Shown here piece by piece: positions 1 to 8,000 of a DNA stretch of 64,000 bases. The stretch is from Akkermansia muciniphila (GTDB lineage: Bacteria; Verrucomicrobiota; Verrucomicrobiia; Limisphaerales; F1-80-MAGS106). Under the pieces are notes generated by a model. That model was not told the DNA's origin. It worked only from the letters and a program-made list of their open reading frames with translations, and did not search any database. A program made the translations under genes and the position numbers. The number at the start of each line of letters is the position of its first letter. Within the stretch, counting starts at the first letter, position 1. The stretch is from assembly GCA_945865375.1 (NCBI GenBank), contig CAMBEJ010000002.1:13739-77738 (forward strand), given 5' to 3'.

Positions 1-44
1 TCTATCGCAAGAATTACTGACATCGAACGTATCTCTATTTATCT

Positions 45-2033
45 ATGAGTGACCGACATTTTTCCCGTCGCCGAGGAGGACCTCAGCGATTCCGACCGTC
101 CGGCGGCTTGGCTGCGCGCACGGCGAAACCCGATCGCGACGCCCTCGAAGCCCGTGCTGAAGCCGTTGGTGACAAAACCGATTCCGACTCGGTTTTCGAT
201 AAATCCCGCCACGAGCGTGAGATATTGCGAGCAGAGAACCTTGCCGCAGGGCTGCCCGAGGATGCCGTGGACCGGGACCGCGATGAAGTGGAGGCGGAGG
301 AGGCGGAGGCGGTCGAGGATAAGCTCGCTCCGATTGTTCCCATCCCCGTTGCGATCGCCGCGCCCAAAAAGAAGTTCGAGCCGGTTCGGGTGCCTGACCC
401 AAAACCGCAGGGCCTTGTGGAAGCGATCTACAACGCTGCCAACAAGATGATCGACAAGGTGAAGAGGTTGATAAAACCGATTGAGCGGAGCCACAAGGAA
501 TTGATCATCAATTCGGAATCCTTGGAGATCCGGGTCGCGGTGCTGGAGGATGGACGGCTTGAGGACTTCGGGATTGAGCGGACTAGCGAGGAGCGTCTGG
601 TTGGCAGCGTCTTTAAGGGCAAAATCAAAAATCTCGAAGACGGACTCAAGGCGGCGTTTGTGGACATCGGCTTCGAGAAAAATGCATTTCTTCATTACTG
701 GGATATTGTGCCGAATAACTTCGACAGCGGCGTGGAGGTTGTGGAGCGAGACAATAAGCGGCGGGAACGACCCCGCGTGACGCAAAAGGACATCCCCCGG
801 GTCTATCCTCCGGGGAGTGAGATCATTGTCCAGGTGACGAAAGGCCCGATTGGGACCAAAGGCCCTCGGATCACGACGAATCTAGCCCTTCCGGGGCGTT
901 ATCTGGTGCTGCTGCCGAACTCGGATCAGAGCGGGATTTCCCGCAAGATTGAGAACCCCGACGAGCGGCATCGGCTCAAAAACATCCTGCGCGGCCTCAC
1001 CATTCCAGAAGGCATGGGAGTGATCATTCGCACGGTCGGAGAAGGGCAGCAGGCGCGATATTTCGTCCGTGATCTTGCGCTGTTGGTTGAGGAATGGAAC
1101 TTGATCCAGGGCCGCATCAATTCCCAGGGGGCAGCGACGTGTGTGTTTCAGGAGCCGGATCTGATAGAACGCACTGTGCGCGATTTTCTTACGGAGGATG
1201 TGGAGCGAATTGTGGTCGACAATAATCAGCAGTTTGAGCGGATTCGCACAATGATCGGGAAGATTTCAAAACGTTCGGTGGCGAAGGTCAAGTATTACAA
1301 CGAGTCACAGGCCTTGTTTGACCGGTTCACCATCACGAGGCAGCTTGAGAATGCTTTCTCCCGCCAGGTTCACCTGAAGAGCGGGGGCTATATTGTCATC
1401 GACGAAACGGAAGCCTTGGTGGCCATCGATGTGAACACCGGTCGGCACAAGAGCAGCAAGGACCAGGAAAGCACGATTTTGAAAGTGAACCTCGAGGCTG
1501 CCGAAGAAATTTGCCGTCAGCTCCGGCTTCGCAACATGGGGGGGCTGATCGTGCTGGATTTCATCGACATGAAATCGCGCCGTGACCAGTTGAGCGTTTA
1601 TCAGCGGGTGCGTGACGGGATGCGGCGGGATCGAGCCAAGACGCATGTGTTACCGATCTCCCAATTGGGATTGATGGAGATGACCCGGCAGCGGCATACG
1701 GAGAGCGTACGTTCGGCGGTGTATGACGATTGTCCGGACTGCAAGGGACGTGGAAAAGTGAAGAGCTCACTCACGATGAGCGTGGAGATCCAGCGCAAGT
1801 TGGGCGAGATCCTGAAGCGGCGCCAGCGTGATGAATCCGATTTTCAACTTCGTATCGTGGTGAACCCGACCGTCTTAGAGCGGTTGCGCACCGAGGACGA
1901 GCGACTGCTCATCGCGATGGAGAAAAAATACTTTGGCAAGCTGTCCTTCCGCGCCGACCCATCGTTTCACGCCGAACAATTCAAGATCGTGAACGTCACC
2001 ACAAACGAAGAGATGGCGAGCGTCGGCGGGTGA
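45..2033 (+). CDS. rng: Rne/Rng-family endoribonuclease (RNase G/E-like)
   Basis: 662-aa ORF. S1 domain LVGSVFKGKIKNLEDGLKAAFVDIGFEKNAFLH; core motifs GGYIVIDETEALVAIDVNTG and GGLIVLDFIDM; Zn-link CPDCKGRG. Has a ~140-aa charged N-terminal extension. Confidence 0.9.
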   Translation: MSDRHFSRRRGGPQRFRPSGGLAARTAKPDRDALEARAEAVGDKTDSDSVFDKSRHEREILRAENLAAGLPEDAVDRDRDEVEAEEAEAVEDKLAPIVPIPVAIAAPKKKFEPVRVPDPKPQGLVEAIYNAANKMIDKVKRLIKPIERSHKELIINSESLEIRVAVLEDGRLEDFGIERTSEERLVGSVFKGKIKNLEDGLKAAFVDIGFEKNAFLHYWDIVPNNFDSGVEVVERDNKRRERPRVTQKDIPRVYPPGSEIIVQVTKGPIGTKGPRITTNLALPGRYLVLLPNSDQSGISRKIENPDERHRLKNILRGLTIPEGMGVIIRTVGEGQQARYFVRDLALLVEEWNLIQGRINSQGAATCVFQEPDLIERTVRDFLTEDVERIVVDNNQQFERIRTMIGKISKRSVAKVKYYNESQALFDRFTITRQLENAFSRQVHLKSGGYIVIDETEALVAIDVNTGRHKSSKDQESTILKVNLEAAEEICRQLRLRNMGGLIVLDFIDMKSRRDQLSVYQRVRDGMRRDRAKTHVLPISQLGLMEMTRQRHTESVRSAVYDDCPDCKGRGKVKSSLTMSVEIQRKLGEILKRRQRDESDFQLRIVVNPTVLERLRTEDERLLIAMEKKYFGKLSFRADPSFHAEQFKIVNVTTNEEMASVGG

Positions 2034-2138
2034 CGTTTGGACCTCAAATCTTCGCTAATTGACACGAATTTGGAACAAGCCGATATCGATGCCTGTCTTC
2101 GATTCGCTTGCGCCCTCGCAAACGATGAAGCGGCGTGA
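2034..2138 (+). pseudogene. DUF433-type antitoxin-like gene, C-terminal remnant only
   Basis: Lies in frame directly after the rng stop. Translates to ..SSLIDTNLEQADIDACLRFACALANDEAA*, which resembles the conserved C-terminus of DUF433 proteins. There is no N-terminal half and no start codon. Its TGA overlaps the GTG of the next gene (GTGA). Confidence 0.5.
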
Positions 2139-2402
2139 AGATTGTCATCGACATGAACCTCAGCCTGGAATGGTTGAGCCTTCTTGAGAAGCGCGGATGG
2201 GACATCTGCCATTGGGCAAATATCGGCAAAATCAACGCGACGGACATCGAGATTTTTTCCTGAGCGCGTTCGAACCAGAACGTCATTTTCACAAGAGATC
2301 TCGATTTCACCAGAATCTGAACTCAGTAAAACGACCCTGTTTAGCCTGATGCTCGAGCAACTCCAACTCCCCGCTCCTAATCCTAGCCAAACAGATTTGA
2401 AA

Positions 2403-2506
2403 TTTGAACCACAGAGGCACAGAGGCACAGAGGGTGAAAAGAGAGGGGGAAAAGTTTGGTTTCATTGTTTGTTCTTCTCTGTGCCTCTGTGCCTCTGTGG
2501 TTCAAA
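2403..2506. repeat. 30-bp perfect inverted repeat (44-nt spacer) inside the MITE
   Basis: TTTGAACCACAGAGGCACAGAGGCACAGAG (2403-2432) is the exact reverse complement of 2477-2506. The arms contain tandem CACAGAGG units. Confidence 0.95.
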
Positions 2507-2546
2507 ATCTGAGAGATAATTCACCGAGATTTAGGATTTAAGAATC

Positions 2547-2570
2547 TAATCGTAATCGTAATCGTAATCC
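2547..2570 (+). repeat. Hexamer microsatellite (TAATCG)x3 + TAATCC
   Basis: Read directly from the sequence, inside the MITE. Confidence 0.9.
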
Positions 2571-2972
2571 ACCCCTCTATTCCAAGGGCAACACCCGAGG
2601 ATGAGGATTGCGACTAGGAAAAATGGAGGAATTGGGGTTGCGCATTCCGGTCACGAGGTCAACCGATTTTACTGAGTTCTGAGAATCTTGTTCCTGACTC
2701 ATGCGACTGGACCAAGCGTGATCCTGCTCCGTGTCGAAAATGACCTGGATGCCAGCGCTCAGCTCAGAATCTGTGACTACATCGAGACTGCGAGCCCAAG
2801 ACTAACGGCGGGAGCCATTCTTGTGATTGATGAGGCGTCCGCCCGGGTTGTCGAGGGTGAAGCCTGTCACATGGGCGGCTTCGCCAGCGAGCGGCACGGG
2901 GCTGGTCACGACGGATTCGGTGGGGGAACGAGCCAACAACTTGTTGTGGGCATAGTGGAGCCCCTCACATGC

Positions 2973-3446
2973 TTATTTGCTGGTCGACGGTTTCGGTTTG
3001 GTTTTGTTGAGCAGGCTGACGTCCGCCAGGTCCTTTTCGCGTCCGGAGGCTTGCTTGTTGCGAATGAGTAGATCCCGGCTCAAGAACGACACGCGTTCTT
3101 CATTGAGGATACCTTGGCTTGGCTGGCGCCAAGCTTCTTCGAATGACACACCACTGATTCCCGTGAGCAAATCAATTCTGTTTGGTTCCACGCCCAGTTG
3201 AACCACGAAGTCCGGACGCAGGAAATCTTCCCGGGCCAGGCCGGTGTTTCCAAAACCGAAGGCTTCGATCACCCGCATCATACGGTCGGCGTTGGAGGAT
3301 TCTGGCCGGATAAAGATGTCGATATCCCCGGTGTAGCGAGGGCGGCCATGGAAGGCCAGAGCCCAAGCTCCGACGATCAAGTACTCAACTTTCTCCTGAT
3401 TGAGCAAGTGGATAAACTCTTGCAGATCTTTGGATAACGGCCTCAT
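2973..3446 (-). CDS. Nucleotidyltransferase-fold protein (DUF6036/MNT-like)
   Basis: 157-aa ORF with the NTase signature YLIVGAWALAFHGRPRYTGDIDIFI (G-x-x-A...hG...T-G-D-I-D). Confidence 0.6.
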   Translation of the reverse strand: MRPLSKDLQEFIHLLNQEKVEYLIVGAWALAFHGRPRYTGDIDIFIRPESSNADRMMRVIEAFGFGNTGLAREDFLRPDFVVQLGVEPNRIDLLTGISGVSFEEAWRQPSQGILNEERVSFLSRDLLIRNKQASGREKDLADVSLLNKTKPKPSTSK

Positions 3447-3576
3447 CTGGGTTCCTCGCTGCGATCAATTCCAGCAATATCCGTAACTTTTCGTTCCCAC
3501 TCATCTCCCGATAGCGGGCCTCGTCCGCCTCGTCGGCGGCCTGATGGGTCTCAAAGGTTCTGACGACACGTTCCAT
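3385..3576 (-). CDS. Small acidic partner protein upstream of the nucleotidyltransferase (antitoxin-like)
   Basis: MERVVRTFETHQAADEADEARYREMSGNEKLRILLELI... lies immediately upstream of and overlapping the NTase ORF. The start at 3576 was chosen over 3627 by eye. No family assigned. Confidence 0.4.
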   Translation of the reverse strand: MERVVRTFETHQAADEADEARYREMSGNEKLRILLELIAARNPDEAVIQRSARVYPLAQSGES

Positions 3577-3759
3577 GAAAGTTTGTTTCGATGGCCGATT
3601 ATGGCATTTCCTTGGTGTGCTTGCCAACAGGAAGTCAGAGCCGAAGGCCGCACGTCTTCTGCCTTCGCTCGATGAAGGCGATGATCTTCACTTCCTCTCA
3701 AAGCCCTCTTTGCCTCGATTGCGTCTTTCCTCGTCGTCTGCTTCCTGGCCGCCGTCCCG

Positions 3760-4896
3760 TTGCGGTCCCAAGCGCAGACTGTCAAACCGGAACTCAAAAA
3801 CGTAAAAGCCGCCCAACGACCGGATTCCTTCTACGTGGACATCACCTATGACTTGGTCGCGCCGGACGGCGTGCAGGCCGTCGTGATCGTGGAAGCTTCG
3901 GCCGATAACGGCGCGAAATACGACGTGCCCATCAGCACCCTTACCGGAGATTTCGGCATCGTCAAAACGGGCCTGGGCAAACGCATCGTTTGGAATGCCT
4001 GGAACGATTGGCCGGGGAAGCAGACCTCTGCTGCTCGCGTGCGACTGTCCGCGGACGGCCAGATCGTTCCGACCACGCCCGCGCCGCGCGCGAATCTTGT
4101 TTGGATCCCGCCCGGCGCCTTCACCATGGGCAGCCCGGCGAATGAGAAGAATCGCGGTGGCGACGAAGGCCCGCAAACACAAGTCTGGATTAGTCGCGGC
4201 TTCTGGATGAATCAATACGAGGTGACCCAGGGTGAGTACCGCGAGATCATGGGTGCCAATCCGAGCTCCTTCACGGGCAACGATCGGCTGCCGGTGGAGA
4301 ACGTGACATGGACTCAAGCAGTGGATTATTGCGCCAAATTCACGACTCGTGAGCAAAATGCGGGCCGTCTGCCCACCGGCTCCGTGTATCGGCTGCCCAC
4401 GGAGGCGGAGTGGGAGTATGCCTGTCGCGCGGGCACGACGACCCGCTTTGGTTTTGGCGATGATTCGGAAAACGACCTCTTCAACCTGCTTCGAGCATTT
4501 GCGTGGTTCGATCTCAACGCAGGAGGCAAAACTCATTTGGTGGGCGAAAAAGCGCCCAACCGCTGGGGCCTGTTCGATATGCACGGCAATGTCTGGGAAT
4601 GGTGCGGGGATTGGCATGGTGAGTATCAGGGAGGAAGTGTGTCCGACCCCAAAGGTGCCAGCTCGGGCTCGTTCCGCGTGATCCGGGGCGGCGGTTGGTC
4701 CGACACCGGCGGCAACAGCCGTTCGGCGAAACGCAACAACAACTCGCCGTCCAACCAGAACAACAACCTCGGTTTCCGCGCCTTGCTGGCCCCAGCTCAA
4801 CCGGGAGCGGAATCGAACTTCCGGCTGACCCGGCATCCATCCTGCCCAGCAGCCTCTCCGACTGCCTGGCAAAGGCGGAAAGTCCGCACGGTGTGA
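3760..4896 (+). CDS. Formylglycine-generating-enzyme (FGE-sulfatase/SUMF1) family protein, secreted
   Basis: Motifs WIPPGAFTMGSP, YEVTQGEY, RLPTEAEWEYACRAG, HGNVWEWCGDW, RVIRGGGW. The track start (TTG 3760) falls inside an in-frame signal peptide (LKALFASIASFLVVCFLAAVPLRSQA, from 3685), so the true 5' end lies upstream (see findings). Confidence 0.85.
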   Translation: MRSQAQTVKPELKNVKAAQRPDSFYVDITYDLVAPDGVQAVVIVEASADNGAKYDVPISTLTGDFGIVKTGLGKRIVWNAWNDWPGKQTSAARVRLSADGQIVPTTPAPRANLVWIPPGAFTMGSPANEKNRGGDEGPQTQVWISRGFWMNQYEVTQGEYREIMGANPSSFTGNDRLPVENVTWTQAVDYCAKFTTREQNAGRLPTGSVYRLPTEAEWEYACRAGTTTRFGFGDDSENDLFNLLRAFAWFDLNAGGKTHLVGEKAPNRWGLFDMHGNVWEWCGDWHGEYQGGSVSDPKGASSGSFRVIRGGGWSDTGGNSRSAKRNNNSPSNQNNNLGFRALLAPAQPGAESNFRLTRHPSCPAASPTAWQRRKVRTV

Positions 4897-5029
4897 GTAG
4901 CCCGCTGGATGGCGGTGCCGAAAGCTCCGTGCGGACGCTGCCATCGATAAGCAACACACACACAGCCGTCACCTTTTCTTTCCCGATCCCGCCAGCAATC
5001 GCCGGTGCAGAACAGAGGGCTCCAACCGC

Positions 5030-8000
5030 ATGAACTTGCCCGTCCAGAATTGGAGAGCCTGCGCGAGGGGGATGTGGGCAACACTGTGGTCTTTGGTCAC
5101 CCTGGGGTTTGCGTTCACCACTTCCATTTTCGCCGCCGAAGACACGTTCCATTTGACCTCCGAATCGCCCGCATTCCCGTTGGACACGCGCCCAATCACT
5201 CCCGATGCCACACCAAAATCCACTCTGCTGATCGCCGAGTCTGATCCGTTTCCTTTGGACACACGCCCGATTGTGGGTGAGCAAGCAGGTCCAACGCGCC
5301 TTGTGGCCGAATCGCCGGCTTTTCCTCTGAACACACGACCGATCAACCCCGATGCGACGCCTCAGACCACTCGCCTTGTCGCGGAGTCGGACCCGTTCTC
5401 GTTGGACACGCGCGAGCGCCACGCCGATCTCAGCCAAAGTTTCCAAATCATTGCTGAAACGCCACCATTTGCCTTGGACACACGCACCAAGGGGGATGAT
5501 TCAAGTTTGTTGCGGTCGATTTTGGAGTCGGCGCCCTTTGCCCTGGATACACGCGGAACTCCCGCAACCCAAATTGAACAATCGCGCGACCTTCTGGAGT
5601 CCGCCTCGTTCACCTTGAACACACTTCCGATTCCGCCGCCCAAAGTGGACGGCTTTCCATTGACGGCGGTCTCCCCGCCTTTCGCGCTGGACACGAAAAG
5701 CGGGTATCCCACCACGCCCTTCCGCTTGACCGCCAACGCGGTGGGCGATGGGGTTAACGCGACTGTGGGTGCACTCCGGTTTTCCCCGGACGGTTTGCGT
5801 CTGGCGGCGGCTCAGAGCGGTCGGGTGCGGCTCTGGGACCTGCGCAGCACACGCGGCCCAACGACACTGGGCACCGGGGGAGCGGAAATTACATCCATGG
5901 ACTTTGCTCCAACGGGCGATCAACTCCTCACTGGAACCGCCGATGGCTTACTGCGCTGGTGGGACCCGGCCACACGACTGGAACTGGGACGCAAGTCCGC
6001 TGGGAACGGCGAGGCCCACGCGGTCTATTCCAAGGACGGCGCGCGTGTAGTGGCCGGTGCTGGTTCCAGCCTGGCTGTGTGGCGACGCCCCAGTTTCGAC
6101 GTGCTCGCCGCCTTGCGAGGCAGCGAAGGCGCGGTGACAGCAGTGGCGCTTTCCCCGGACAACCGATTTGTGTTGGCCGGGAATTCCGCACGCACCGCCT
6201 TGCTCTGGAACGCGGAGACCGGCGCATTGCTTGCGCGGTTTACGAACCACACGCACGCGATCACCGCGGTGGCGTTTTCTCCCAACTCGGATCGTGTGTT
6301 GACCGCATCGCTCGATGGGTCAATTCGAATATGGGACCTGCGCACACTGCGCGAAGTCGCCGTGATTCAGCAAGGGTCGCCCGTGATTGCGGCTTCCTGG
6401 TCACTTGACGGGCGCTTGGTTGTGTCCGGGAACAACGCGTCGCCGGGACAGGTGTTTCTCTGGAACGACCATGATGGATCGCTTCGCCGGGTCGCCACCG
6501 ACTTGAGCACGGAAGCGTCCAGAATCCAAGACATCGCCTTGTCCCCGGATCAAACGTTGCTCGCCACCAGTCATTCGGATGGCCGCGTCCGGCTCTGGGA
6601 CGCCGGAATGGAAGCATTGCCCGCCGATCCACCAATCTTGCTAACGCCGGGGCCGGAAACTCCGCTCACGCTGAGGTCGCACGGGCGATATTACTTCCAG
6701 GTGGAGGTTCCGTCGGGCCGGAGCTTGATCGTGCGAATGGAAACGGCCACCCTCGGCGTGAAGCCTCAGAGTCTGAATCGACGAGCCCACGGCTCATCGG
6801 ACGGAGTGCGCTTCGGGAATCGCGATTTGGGGGCGCGCGATGGGGCGGCCGCGCCCTTGGCGGTGACGAAAATCGAGAACCTGGACATCACCGCGCTTCA
6901 ACTGTTCATCGCCAAGGATCGGCTGCCAAATGTCCACGATTTCGACACCGTGATCCAAGCAACGGTGGCGAACATGCGGGCCGAAGCGCCGATCTCCTCG
7001 GTGACGGGTGGAACCTATTACGTGCTTGCGCTTTCGCCCTACCTGTCCGATGGCGCTATCCAAACGCGCCTTTCCGCCGCGTTCGAGGACTTCCACTTGA
7101 GCGCAATGGCACCGTTGAGTGGCGGTAACGTGGGCACGGTGACCGCGGAAATCCAAGGCACCGGTTTGAATCCAAGCGTGGGCTATCGATTGGTTGGCGC
7201 GGGTGGGACGATTGTGGCTGGCCGAGTCGCCTTGGGGGTGGATAGTACGAGAGTATTTGTCACCTTCGATCTGCGTGGCATCCCTCCAGGAGGCTTCGAA
7301 CTCATCGCGGAAAAATCGGGACAGGCAGGATCGATAGCGCTGGCGCAGAATTTCCAGGTCATCGTCGGCACCGGGCCCAAACTTGAAGTCCGTCTCGACA
7401 CGCCGCTGGCGATTCGAGCAGGGAGGGATTATGTAGCCTATCTCGAACTTTCCAACGTCGGCGACAATGACTCCGAGGTTCCGCTTTTGATGGTTGAATT
7501 CCAAGGACTCGGTGCTCTACGCTTGAAAGCGAACGGGCCGAATTATACTCAACGGTTGTCCCTGTTCCTTCCGCCTCAGTCAGACATTCTTCCCGTTTAC
7601 CCACCTGGCCGTTCCACACGAATTCCGCTCTATTTTACCTCAGGCTCTGCCGATATCCATTTTAAGTTGTCCCAAAGCAGCATTGGATCAACGGCTTTCG
7701 GGCCGCTGCAGCTTGATTACTCCCAGCTAACTCGACCTACCGATTTCTCCGAGACAGAGTGGGCTGACCACACAATTGCAATCCAACAGCGATACGGCGT
7801 CAGCTTGGGACAGTTCCTCAGAAATTCGGTCGCGACTGGTTTGAATGTCTTTTCAACTCACGAACCTTCGCGTTCATTCGTTGCTTTGGTGAATGGATCG
7901 TGGCTGATTCTCCGAAAACCATCAATCGGCGATCACCCCAACCTTCCGGTCCCTGAACTGCCAGAGCGCAAACGCCTCTCCCTGGTTGGCACATCTGAGT

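Larger units (their letters stand above)
2318..2681. mobile_element. Non-autonomous foldback MITE-like insertion (~364 bp)
   Basis: Terminal inverted repeats GAACTCAGTAAAA (2319-2331) and TTTTACTGAGTTC (2667-2679). Flanking direct repeat AGAATC(T) at 2312-2318 and 2682-2688. No ORF inside. The interior is broadly self-complementary. The insertion interrupts a recognisable ORF. Confidence 0.7.
2135..2852 (+). pseudogene. DUF5615-type (PIN-like) toxin-like gene, disrupted by a nonsense codon and an insertion
   Basis: Reads VKIVIDMNLSLEWLSLLEKRGWDICHWANIGKINATDIEIFS, then TGA (2261-2263) where family members have Trp, then ARSNQNVIFTRDLDFTRI, then the insertion, then LFLTHATGPSVILLRVEN..GAILVIDEASARV. 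Deleting 2318..2687 (370 nt) joins the two halves in frame. Confidence 0.7.

Noticed and set aside
2261-2263. In-frame TGA in the DUF5615-like gene as possible Sec/Trp recoding
   Set aside because: There is no SECIS-like context, and the same gene also carries a MITE insertion while its partner gene is truncated. Pseudogenisation is the simpler explanation.
3688-4959. 423-aa ORF antisense to the FGE-family gene
   Set aside because: It is a shadow ORF typical of GC-rich DNA, with Arg/Ala/Gly-rich low-information sequence. The sense strand carries unambiguous family motifs.
5162-5698. Periodic repeats considered as a possible CRISPR array (also 26557-28405)
   Set aside because: Both lie inside long ORFs, with periods of ~72-75 bp and ~621 bp and conserved amino-acid motifs. 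They are coding tandem repeats with no repeat-spacer structure.
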